A stretch of DNA of 64,000 nucleotides from Mobula hypostoma. Its lineage: Eukaryota. Below the pieces are notes generated by a model. That model was not told the origin of the DNA, did not search any database, and saw only the letters and a list, made by a program, of their open reading frames with translations. Positions 12,171 through 24,500 of the stretch are shown in pieces; the stretch's first letter is position 1, and each line of letters starts with the position of its first letter. The translations under genes and the position numbers were made by a program. The stretch is taken from NCBI RefSeq assembly GCF_963921235.1, contig NC_086097.1, positions 160,768,001 through 160,832,000 of the forward strand, written 5' to 3'.

Positions 12171-13153
12171 GTAAGTAACACTTTTTACTTTACTAAATGG
12201 AAGTTTAAAACAATAATGTGAATTTTTACAAGTGAAAGTCAAAAACCTGTTCAGAGTAAGACATGAAGTTTCTCAAAAGCCACAATCCTAGAGGTATTGA
12301 TGAGAAAGTTTTCCCAGAGACCAGTCAAACAACAACCTGACAAGTAGTACTGTATATTGATTCAAATAGGAAGGTAGCTGGTAAACAGAAATAAAAATAC
12401 TTAGCTTTGCATTAGCTCAGTAGTATTAAGTGTTTGATAACTGGAGCAACATAATATATGGTACTGTACAAAGATTTTAGACACCCTATCTCTATCTATC
12501 TGTATATATATTAATCCCAGCTCAAGGACATCTCTCAAGGATTCCTTGGAGTCATGTCCTTGGTCCACTGATGTTCAGCGGCTTGATCAACAGTCTTTCC
12601 TCCGTTCACAAGTTGTAATGAGATATTTCCTAATGATCACACAATGTTGAATTTCTTCACAACTCCTCAGCAAATGGAAAGAGGGAGAGAGACACTCTCA
12701 GTATCACCTTCATAAGGCTGTTTAGGAATGATCTTGTCAGTTATACTCCTGTCCTGAAAAACAAATAAATACAGGAAAAAAATCTTATTTGAATGTACTT
12801 CAACACCTGAAAACATTCTTCATTTCACTGATTTAGGAGCATATTGCTGTGACATTTTGAAACTCTGTAGTGCCTTGGTGAGTGGTTAAAAAAACGAGGT
12901 TGTCTAGTTAGAAAGGGTTTTAGATGTGGAACAGTCTTGTTGCTTGAAATTATAGTCTCCTTGCAATAATTGTGCCAGTTGTCTTAGCACAAAAATTGTT
13001 TTTATTCCTTGTAGTATCTGCAGTGCAATGCATCCATTCTTCTATTTTCTGTTGTATAAACCTTTGTAATCGACCCATGTTCAAATTGGAGCAACACACA
13101 CAAAATGCTGGTGGAATGCAGCAGGCCAGGCAGCATCCATAGGAAGAAGCACT

Positions 13154-13188
13154 GTCGACGTTTCAGGCTGAGACGCTTCGTCAGGACT
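13154..13188 (-). ncRNA. Minimal type I hammerhead ribozyme motif (Penelope-associated)
   Basis: Minus strand agtc-CTGACGA-agcgtctcagcct-GAAA-C-GTC-gac; stem II has a mismatch. Confidence 0.5.
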
Positions 13189-13869
13189 AACTAAAAGAAG
13201 AGATGGTAAGAGATTTGAAAGTAGGAGGGGGAGTGGGAGATTCTGAAATGATAGGAGAAGACAGGAGAGGGAGGAATAGAGCTAAGAGCTGTAAAGTTGA
13301 TTGGCAGAAGGGATACAAGGCTGGAGAAGGGAGAGGATCATGGGACGGGATGCCTATGGAGAAAGAAAGGGGGAGGGAAGTGCCAGAGGAAGATGGAGAG
13401 CAGGCAAGGAGTAATTGTGAGATGGACAGAGAGAGGAAAAAAAACAAAAAAATAAAAAATAATAAATGAATTAATAAATATATAAGAGATGGGGTGAGAA
13501 CATCTGGGTAGCCTCCAACCTGATGACATGAACAACGACTTCTCCAACTTCCATTAATGCCCCGTTCTCACCCCATCCCTTATTTATTTCTTCATTTATT
13601 TATTTTTTTTTCCTTTGTTTTTCTCTTTCTCTGTCCTCTCACAATTACTCCTTGCCTGCTCTCCATCTTCCTCCGGCGCTCCCCTCCCCCTTTTATTCTC
13701 CCTAGGCCTCCCGTCCCATGATCCTCTCCCTTCTCCAGCCTTGTATCCCTTTTGCCAATTAACTTTCCAGCTCTTAGCTCTATCCCTCCCACTCCTGTCT
13801 TCTCCTATCATTTCGGATCTCCCCCTCCCCCTCCTACTTTCAAATCTCTTACTATCTCTTCTTTCAGTT

Positions 13870-13905
13870 AGTCCTGATGAAGGGTCTCAGCCTGAAACTT
13901 CGACT
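13870..13905 (+). ncRNA. Minimal type I hammerhead ribozyme motif (Penelope-associated)
   Basis: agtc-CTGATGA-AGGgtctcagCCT-GAAA-CTTC-gact; stem I agtc/gact, stem II AGG/CCT. Confidence 0.55.
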
Positions 13906-14921
13906 GTGCTTCTTCCTATGGATGCTGCATGGCCTGCAGCGTTCTACCAGCATTTTGTGTGTGTTGCTTGAATTTCTAGCACCTGCAGATTTCCTCGTGT
14001 TTGCATGTTCAAATTGGTTTGTTTTTGTGGTTATTTAAATTAAGTGATCAAGCAATTGCAGTACAGTATTTTCTTTTGTGTTGCAATGATATGTATTAGC
14101 AATGCACAATATTTCCTGACTGACTCCACTGTAATTTGGTGAAAGTAGTAGCACAATGAATTGCTTTTATTGGAGCCTTACCACATATTTAGAGTATTTC
14201 AAGATAACCGTTTCTGAAACTTTTTGACAGTGGTGTCCTACCACTTGTGCTCTGCAGGGCTTATTTCGAATTATGAATTTTCATAGTCTTGTTCTTCACC
14301 AATGTACTGTGTTGAAATATTCCCAAGGAAAGCATTCAGTGTTTTATGGAATCATTTGACACTGGCAGTCTGAATTTGCATATTTGCTATAGTTCTTACT
14401 TGCTTCAATATATTAATTAGTTTCTGTTTAGTTACTAAATAGCCTTGCATGTTTTCCTAACATCTATCCAATAGTCTTTAACCTTTACATTTGCAGTGCT
14501 TTCATGACCAAATAAAAGAAATTTGTCAAGTGAACTAAGGTCATAACTCAGTAAAGACCAAATGTTGCTAGTATAATGAGCTGAGAATTCTAGTGAAGTG
14601 TAGTAAAATGAAAACAGTAACCATTATCTATTTGAACTACAGAATTATTTGAATTATGCATGTTTTACAAGGCTGTAGCAAATGTTACTCAATTAACTAA
14701 GCATTTGTAACACTCACACAGTATTTGCCACCTATTTGGATATAATGTGTGATGGCATTTAACATTTCATATATTAAAAAGCAATGCGTAATTTTTCATA
14801 ACTACTGCAGAAACTTAAAGCTCACAGGATTGTTAATTCAGTTCAACATGCTGTCAAGCGATCTGACAAGAAAGTAAATTTCCTGAGATCACCTATTGCA
14901 CCACAGGGCGATGAGGCAATT

Positions 14922-17490
14922 AAGACCATAAGACATTGAAGCAGAATTGGGTCATTCACCTCATCGAGTCTACTCTGCCATAGCATCTTGGCTGATTTAT
15001 TACCCTTCTCAACCTCATTCTCCTACCTTCTCCCTGTAACCTTTAATGCCCTTACTAATCAACAACCTGTCAATCTCCTCTTTAAATGTACCCAATGACT
15101 TGGCCTCCACAGCTATCTGTGGCAATGAACTCCTCTGGCTAAAGAAATTCTTCATCTCTGTTGTAAAGGGATGTCTTTCTATTCTGAGCCTGTACCCTCT
15201 GGAGCTTGATTCCCCCACTGTTGGAAACATCCTCTCCATATCCACCCCGTTTAGGGCTTTCAATCTTCAATAGGTTTTCATGAGATTCCTCCCTCATTCT
15301 TCTAACCTCCAGTGTGTACTGGCCCAGAGCCATCAAACACACGCTTCTCAAACATGAACCTTTTCAATCCTGGGATCATTCTCGTGAACTTCTTCTGGAC
15401 CCTCTTCAATGCCAGCACATGATGCCTTAAATAAGGGGCCCGAGGCTGCTCACAATACTCCGTGAGGCCTCGCCAATGCCTTATAAAGTCACAGCATTAC
15501 ATCCCTTTTTTGTATTCTAGTCCTCTCAAAATGAATGCTAACACTGCATGTGCCACCAACTCGACCTGCAAGTTACCCTGTAGTGAATCCTGCATGATGA
15601 CTCCTAAGTCCCTTTGAATCTCTGATTTCTGAATTTTCTTCCCATTTAGAAAATTACCTTTGGCTTTATTCCTTCTACCAAGGTATATTCCATCTGCCAC
15701 TTCTAAGTTCATTCTCTTCATCTGTCTAAGCCCTTCTGCAAACATTCTGCTTTCTCAATGCTCCTTCATCTATCATTGTATCATCTGCAAACTTGGCCAC
15801 AAAGCCGTCAATTTTGTCATCCAAATCATTGACATAAGGTTTCCCCCCACCATCCGAAGGTAGAGCGTTCCTGTGAAACGGTTCGTAAGCCGGAATGTCG
15901 TAAAGCAAAGAAACAATTACCATTTATTTATATGGGAAAATTTTGTGAGCGTTCGCAGACCCAAAAATAACCTACCAAATCATGCCAAATAACACATAAA
16001 ACCTAAAATAACAGTAACATATAGTAAAAACAGGAATGATATGATAAATACACAGCTTATATAAAGTAGAAATTCTTTTCCACAATCATTGCCTGAACTG
16101 TTCTCCATAGCGAAAATCTCACGCAAGCACCGTCGACAAAAACACGGCACACGCGCTCTCCAGTAACCTTTAAGCTATGAAGCTGCCAAATCATACCAAA
16201 TAACACGTAAAAATACACAGCCGATATAAAGTAGAAATAATGTATGTACAGTGTAGTATCACTTACCAGAATTGGGAAAGCGCGAAGCACACTGATGATA
16301 GTGTATTAGACTGAGTCGTCGGAGTTTGGGTGGTGCAGTGGCCCCCACCCTCTGGGCAGCGAACCGATACCGATCCGCGAAGCATGCAGCAGTAGCCGGG
16401 AGGCACACAGCACATCTTTAAGAAAAAAGCCAAAATAAACATGCTAATTAATTAGGTGCCACCCAGCACGTAATTGTCGGCCCAGATCAGTGCCGATTGC
16501 CGATAGCATCGCCTCTGATCTGGGCCGACGATTACGTGTCGGGCGGCACCTAATTAACTAGCTTGTTTATTTCGGCTTTTTTCGTAAAGATGTGCTGTAT
16601 GTCTCCCGGCTACTGTTGCAATCTCTGCAAATCGGTATCTGTCCGCGGCCTGGGTGTTGGGGTGGTGGGACACTGGGGTGTCATCTTATCGTCTGTTTCA
16701 TTAGAGCAGGCAGCCCATCTTCTCATAAGACTGCCCACCTTGATGTCAAAGGTCGAGGTTCGTCGTCTGCTGTGGCTGATGTGGAAGGCTTGCTTGACTG
16801 CTGAGCCTCGCGCATTTTTCTATCATACAGTTCTTTGTAAGCACTCAAACCATCCTGCAAATATCCCCTAAACCGACGTACCCTTTCAAGATTAAAGTCG
16901 TACTTTATCATTACTCACTTGGTTTAGATTGTTATCCTTTCCTCTTCCAATTGCATCAGCTCTTCATCTATCAGTTCTTGGTCATGGGATGCCAAAACCT
17001 CTTCAACATAATCTTCATCAGCTTCCACAAGCCAAACTCACTTTGTCCTTACTTCGTTCACCACGATCGAAACGCTTAATTATGTCTAGTTTTACGCTAA
17101 GTGTAACACTCTTACAAGCTGTTTCAGGCTTTTCTGATACCATAGAACTCATCTTGCAAACGGCTGCTCACAGGCACGTACTTAAGCAATGCCAGCAAGA
17201 TTACAGTTCCGAATCCCGGGGAAAGCGGCTGCTCGGGGTGCACGCTGATTTTTTTTCGCGCACTGCCTTTTTTCGTAACAGTGAGGTTTCGTAAAGCGAA
17301 CGTTCGAAAAGTGGGGGACACCTGTATAACGTGAAAAGAAGTGGTGCCAACGTTGACAGTTGTGGAACACCACTAGTCACCAACAGCCAACCAGAAAAGG
17401 CCCCCCCTCCTCTATTCCCCATCTTTACCTCTTGCCAGTGTGCCAGTTTCCTATCCATGCTCTTATCATTCCTGAAATACCAAGGGCTCT
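14922..17490 (-). mobile_element. CR1-clade LINE RT/3' part, split by a Tigger insertion
   Basis: VNDLDDKIDGFVAKFADDT and VTSGVPQLSTLAPLLFTLY lie on opposite sides of the Tigger; tail aagaccataagacat. Confidence 0.85.
15837..17324 (-). mobile_element. Internally deleted Tigger/pogo DNA transposon
   Basis: Imperfect TIRs aggtttccccccacc.. / ..gtgggggacacctg with TA on both sides; minus-strand ORF 17018-17152 SVTLSVKLDIIKRFDRGE (CENP-B/psq HTH-like); C-terminal remnant ..LSAYKELYDRKMREAQQSS. Confidence 0.8.
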
Positions 17491-17689
17491 TAACTTAGAA
17501 ATATAGAAAACCTACAGCACCAGACAGGCCCTTCAGCCCACAATACTGTACCGAACATGTACTTACTTTAGAAATTACCTCAGGTTACCCATAGCCCTCT
17601 ATTTTTCTAAGCTCCATGTACAACTTGTTTAGCTGCCTTTATTAAATAGAAACCCCAACCCTATGCCTATCTGCATATCCTTTCAATAC

Positions 17690-18913
17690 AGGCTAACCAG
17701 TATTGGCATTTAATGGATCTGGGGTTGAGAGGGTGAACAGCTTTAAGTTCCTTAGCATAAACATCACCGAGGATCTCACATGGTGTGTACATCCTGACTG
17801 TGTGGTGAAAAATGCACAACAGCACCTCTTTCACCTCAGATGGTTGAAGAAGTTTGGTATGGGACCCCAAATCCTAAGAACTTTCTATAGGGGCACAAAT
17901 GAAAGCATCCTGACTGGCTGCGTCGCTGCCTGGTATGGGAACTGTACTTCCCTCAATTGCAGGACTTTACAGAGAATGGTGCGGACAGCCTAGCACATCT
18001 GTCGATGTGAACTTCCCACTATTCAGGACATTTACAAAGACAGATATGCAAAAAGGGCTGAAAGGATCATTGGGGACTTGAGTCACTCCAACCACAAACT
18101 GTTCCATCTGCTACCATTTGGGAAATGGTACTGTAGCATAAAAGCCAGGACCATAAGACCATAAAATATGGGAGCAGACGTAGGCCAGTCGGCCCATTGA
18201 GTCTGCTCCACCATTCAATCATGGGCTGATCCAATTCTTCCAGTCATCCCCACTCCCCTGCCTTCTCCTCATACCCTTTGATGTCCTGGCTAATCAAGAA
18301 CCTATCTATCTCTGCCTTAATTGTGCCCAATGACTTGGCCTTCAAAGCCGCTAGTGGCAAGAAATTCCACAGATTTACCACCCTTTGACTAAAGTAATTT
18401 CTCTGCACCTCTGTTCTAAATGGACATCCTACAATCCTGAAGTTGTGCCCTCTTGTCCTAGACTCCCCTACCACTTTGCCATACCTAATCTGTTCAGGCC
18501 TTTTAACATTCAGGATGTTTCTACGAGATCCCCCCTCATTTTCCTGAACTCCAGGGAATACAGCCCAAGAGCTGCCAGACGTTCCTCATAGGGTAATCTT
18601 TTCATTCCCGGAATCACTCTCATGAATCTTCTCTGAATGCTCTCCAATGTCAGTATATCCTATCTAAAATAAGGAGCCCAAAACTGCGCACAATACTCCA
18701 AGCTCTTGAGACACCAGATCATCAGACTGATTAATTCATGCTGATACAATTCTATTTCTGTGTTATATTGACTGTCCCGTTGTACATACTATTTATGATT
18801 AAATACTATAAATTGCACATTTAGACAGAGGTGTAGTGTAAAGATTTTTGCTACTCATGAATATCAAGGATGTACTGTAAATAATAAAGTCAATTCAATT
18901 CAATTCAATTCAA
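17690..18913 (+). mobile_element. Rex1/Babar-like LINE 3' part, interrupted by CR1 (~18150-18700, minus)
   Basis: VERVNSFKFLSINITEDLTW..FYRGTNESILTGCVAAWYG; AATAAA plus (CAATT)n tail near 18880-18913. Confidence 0.8.
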
Positions 18914-20809
18914 TGTGGATGTTAAGTTCCCAACTATGATCTTTCAGTCACGGCTCTGTGATGCTCACAACAACATACCTGCCAGTTTCTAACTGTACTA
19001 CAAGATTGTCTATCTTATTCTGTAAACTGTGTGTATTCAAATATAATATCAGTCCTGTATTCATCACCCTTTTAAATATTGCTCCCTCCCGTTATGTTAT
19101 CTCACATTGACTGCAGTTTTGGCCCATCTGCCTGTCTTTTCTCACAGTCTCCATACACAATGCAACTACCTGTGTACCAACCTGCTCTTCCTCTGGTTCC
19201 CAACCCCCCTGCAAATTAGTTTAAACTGCACTCCCTCCACAACCCTCGGTAAACCTGCCCCAAGGATAGTGGTTCCCCTTGAGTTCAGGAGTAACCAGTC
19301 CTGTTTGTACAGGTCATACTTTCCCTAGAGGAGACTCCAATGATCCAGAAACTGAAGCCCTACCCCCTGCATCAATTCCTCAGCCATAGATTCATCTTTC
19401 AAATCATCCTATTCTTACCCTCAGTGGTACATGGCACAGGCAGCAATCTGAGATTACTACCCTTGAACTGCTTTTCAGCTTTCTACCTAACTGTCTATGT
19501 TCTCTCTTCAGGACCCTATCCCTTTTCCTACCTACGTAGTTGGTACGAATATGTATCTTGACTTCTGGATGTTCACCCTCCCCCCTTTAGAATACTGTAG
19601 ACCTGATTCAAAGACATCACTGACTCTGGCACCTGGCAGGCAACTTACCAATCAGGTGTCTCTCTCACATCCATGGAATCTTCTGTTTGCTCCTCCAACT
19701 ATTCCATTTCTTCTCCATATGCGGCTCTAACATTACATTCATCAAACATAAAGTAAATTGGATCTAACTATGTAAACATAAGCAAGATTGCAGGTTTTCT
19801 ATATTTAAGCCAATTTTGATGCTATTATTTATTACTCAAAGGTTGTGATTCATTCATTTTTGGGATTGACGTGAACTAACACTTATTGCCCATTAAGGAT
19901 TCACCTTGAGTAGCTGCTGGTGAGCTGTCATTATTATGAATCATTGCACATCTTCTGCTGTTGGTTTGGGAATTCTAGGACTTAATCCCAGTGGTGCCGA
20001 AATACCTGCAATATGTTTCCAAGTCAAGATGAAGTGTGACTTGGAGGGGGACATTCAGTAGAAGATGTAAAGATCTACTTTTTCTTTTGTCTCAGCTGAC
20101 TGTAATTTAGCTGTTCAGCCAAGTTAATGACTTTGTAGTTGCTTTACAACCTGGATCCTGTAGAACTGAAGCCTAATAGCAACCAACATTTGAAATATGG
20201 AAGTCCACAGCAACAAGGCTACTAGATTCTGGTTAGATTCTTTGAGCTCAGCAGCAAGCATTCTCCCTCCACATTGACCTCCATGATCTGTGACTGTACT
20301 GTGTTTTTTAGAATTTCTCGCAAAACCAAAAGATTATGCAATCAATTTATTTTTGAATTGCTCATTGTGACCTGAGCATAACATCTCTACGATATAGTGA
20401 GATTTTGTTTCCAGTAGCTATTATATTTTTTTGGGTCTTTACTTTCAAATGGTAAGTTCACAACCTTACTGGGGAGATAAATAGTTTCCTGTGGCTTCAA
20501 TTAGACCGTAAGATATAGGAGCAGAATTCTATCTGTTCTGCCATTCAATCACGGCAAGTTATTTTTCAATCTCATTCTTCTGCATTCTACCACATTGTTC
20601 TTAACCTCCCCCCACCAATCAAGAAATTATCAATCTACATTTAAATAAACCCAGTAGCTTGGCCTCCAAAGCCCTCTGTGGCAACAATTCCAAAATTGCT
20701 CAAAATGTTCCAAATCTGTTCTGACAAATGTCTTAATTCCTCAGCATTACATACTTGATTTAATGTTCTAGTCCTTTCAAAATGAATGCTAATATTTTAT
20801 GTTATGTTA

Positions 20810-21562
20810 CGCTCACAACTGCCCACTCACTTCCCCCTTCGCCTTCATTCAGGGCCCCAAACGGTCCTTCCTGGTGAGGCAATATTTCTGTTATGAACCT
20901 CTTGGGGACATCTAGTGTATCCCATACTCCCGATGTGGCTCCTCTGCTCCATCCGCAAAAAGTGGAATTTCTGGTGGCCAACCATTTTAATTCCTATCCT
21001 ATTCCTGTTCTGACATGTCGGTTCATGGCTTCCTCTTTTGCCACAATGAGGTCGCTCTCACGTTGGAGGAACAACACCTTGTATATCGTGTAGGTAGCCT
21101 CCAACCTGATGGCATGAACATCGATATCTCCTTCTGGTAATTTCTTTTTTCCCTTCTCCCCCCCTTCCTCTTCTTCTATTCTGCACTCTGGCCTCTTACC
21201 CCTTCTCCTCACCTGCCTATCACCTCCCCCGGTGTCTCTCCTCCTTCCCTTTCTCCCATGTTCCACTCTCTTCTCGTATCAAATTCCTTCTTCTCCAGCC
21301 CTTTGCCTTTTTCAATCATCATCTCCCATCTCCTTACATTATGCCCTTCCCTACCCACCTGACGTCACCTATCACCTTCCAGTTTGTCCTTCCCCTCCTC
21401 CACCTTCTGGTATCTTCCCCATTCCTTACCAATCCTGATAAAGGATCTTGGTCTGTAAAAAAAACTGTCGATTCATTTCCATAGATGTTGCCTGACCTGT
21501 GGAATTTCTCCAGTATTTTATGTGTTGCTCGGAATTCCCAACATCTGCAGAATCTCATGTTT
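20810..21562 (+). mobile_element. Penelope-like element 3' fragment
   Basis: Similar to the GIY-YIG-bearing copy at 41.5 kb; C/T-rich tract and shared terminus. Confidence 0.7.
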
Positions 21563-21569
21563 AACATTT

Positions 21570-24500
21570 TGCCACTATCACGGCTGACACAATCTGTAGG
21601 TTAACCTTTAGGGAATTCTCCATTAGGACTCACAAGTCCCATTGCAGCTCCAAATTTTGAACTCTCTCCTCATTTAGAAAATTGTCAACATCCTTTATTC
21701 TTCCTTGTGACCCCTCATTTCCCTGTGCAGTATTCCTTCTGACATTTTCCCCGCTCTGATAAACTGTCCAAGTCCTTCACCTATCTTTGTATTATGTGTA
21801 AACTTGGCTGTAGTGCCATCAGTCCCTTCATGCAGATCTTGAAAAGTTGTGGGCTCAGCATCTGCAGAACTCTATAGTTACTGGCAGCCATCCTGGAAAG
21901 GACACCTTTATTCCACTACCTGTCAGCCATTCTTCTATCCATGTTAGTACATTGATCATAAGACATGGCAGCTGAATTAGGTGATTCAGCTCATTGAGTT
22001 TGCTCTGCCATTACATCATGGCTGATTTATTATCTCTCTCAACCCCACTCTTCTGACTTCTCCCCGAAACTTTGGCGCCCTGACTGATCAAGAACCTAAC
22101 AACCACTGTTTTAACTATACCCGGTGGCTTTGTTTCCACAGCCATTTGTGGCAATGAATTCCACAGATTCACCATCCTCTGGCTAAAGAAATTCCTCTTC
22201 ATGTCTGTTCAAAATGAACGTCCTTCTATTCTGAGGCTGTGCCCTTTGGTCCTAGATTTCCCCACTGTAGGAAACATCCTCTCCAGTTCCACTCTATCTA
22301 GGCCTTTCAATATTTGATAGATTTCAGTGACATTCTACTGCCCTCGCAGTGCATAGCATACAAAGCTAGGGAGGGAGTTAAACACCACCTCAAAAATCAC
22401 CCGAACCAGAAGCTTTCTTCAGGGTTTTTAATGAGGCAACTTTGTGAAACTGCAGAAAGTTAAGTAAAATACATATTAGATTCAATACAGAATCATTGCA
22501 TAGATGAATATATTTGACTGTTCTTATGATTAGCATTAAATAAAGTAATACACACATGCAACATCTGTAGCAATGCTGTGGACTAGACAAACTCATGATG
22601 CAACGATAGCTTAATAGCGATGAACGGTAAACATAATTATTCCTTTAAAGTACATCTACTAAATATTTACCAACATTAAGAAAGCCTAAGGCTCACAGAT
22701 ATTGCTGTTTCAAGGGCAAATAAAGAGCAGATGGAGATGGACATCTTTTTTCTGCTGTGTGTGTTTCAAGTCGAAATCCAAATTAGCTCATGCAGGAAAT
22801 GATTAGTTACAGGAAGTGCTCTTTGTACAAAAGGAACAGCCCCTCTCAAGGCAAAGCAGAAAATCCACCCCCCCCCCCATCCCATTCTTCTAAACTCCAA
22901 AGAGTACAGGCCTGGAACCATTTACTGCTTCTCATACCTTAACCCTTTCATTCTCTAAATCATTCTCGTGAACCTCCTCTGGACCCTCTCCAATGCCAGC
23001 TCATCTTAGATAAGAAGCCCAGAACTGCTCAGAATACTCCAAGTGCAGTCTGACCAATGCCTTATAAAAGCCTCAGCATCACACCCTTGCTTTTAGTTTT
23101 TAGTCCTCTCAAAATGAATGCTAACATCACATTTGTTTTCCTTACCACCAACTGAACCTGCAAATTAACCCTTGAGGAATACTGACAAGGATGCTCAAGT
23201 CCATTTGCACCTTTTTTTTCCAATTTTCTCCCTTTTTAGAAAATAGTCTATGCCTTTATTCCTTATACCAGAGTGCTTGACCATACGCTTTCCTACACTA
23301 TATTCCATCAGCTACTCTGCCCATTCATCCAATCTAAGTCCTTCTGCAGATTCCCTGCTTCCTCAAAACTACCTGCCATCCACCTAACTTCATATCATCT
23401 GCAAACTTGGTCACAGAGCCATCAATCCTGTCATTCCATCAAAGTTCAAGTAAAATTTATCATTAGAGTACATATATCTCACCACATATGGCCCTGATAT
23501 ACTTTTTCCTGTGGAACATACTTAGCAAATCTATAGAATAGTAGTTATAAGCTGGATCAATGAAAGAGCAAGAACATAGAGGAAAACAAACTGTGCAAAT
23601 GCAAATATAAATAAATAGCAATAAATAATGAGAGCATGAAATAACGAGATAAAGAGTCCTTAAAGTGAGATCATTGGTTGTGGGAACATCTCAATAGACG
23701 TATGTAGTTATCCTCATTTGTTCAAGAGCCTGATGATTGAGGGGTAGTGACTGTTCTTGAACTTGGTGGTCTGAGTCCTGAGGTACTTGTACCTTCTACC
23801 TGATGGCAGTAGCGAGAAAAGAGCATGGCCAGTGTGGCGAAGATCATTGATGATGGACGTACAAGATGTAAAGAAGCGGTCCCTACACCGACCCCAGCGA
23901 AACACCATTATTCACCCACAGCCAACTAGGAAAGGTCCCTCCATTCTCACAGTTTGCCTTCTGCTGGTCAGCAGGTCATCTGTCCATGCTAGTATCTTTC
24001 CTGTAATGCCATGGTCTCCTTTTAAGCAGCCTCGTGTGGCATCTTGTCCGAAGCCTTCTGAAAATCCAAGTAATCCTTTGTCTATCCTGCTTGTAATTTC
24101 TTCAAAGAATTCCAACATATTTGTCAGTTAAGATTCCCCCTTAAGGAAACCATGCTGACTTTGGCCTATTATCATGGGCCTCCAAGTACCCCGAAACCTT
24201 ATCCTTAATAATGGACTCTAACATCTTCCCAACCAATCGATATTTGCAATTTTCCGGTCCTCTGAAACCATTCCAGAATCCAGTGATTCTTGAAAGATCA
24301 TTATTAATACCTCCACAATCTCTTCAGCTACCTCTTTCAGAACCTTAGTGTAGTCCATCTGATCCAGGTGACTTGTCTGCCTTCAAAACCTTTCAGCTTT
24401 GCAAGCCTTTCTCCTTAGTAGCAGCAACTACACTCACTTCTGCACCCTGGCAATCTCAAATTTATGGCATACTATTCGTGTCTTCCACAGTGAAAACTGA

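Larger units (their letters stand above)
13090..14003. mobile_element. Penelope-like element remnant with inverted termini and hammerhead cores
   Basis: 13090-13500 is the reverse complement of ~13565-13968; perfect 14-bp TSD catgttcaaattgg (13076-13089, 14004-14017). Confidence 0.8.
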
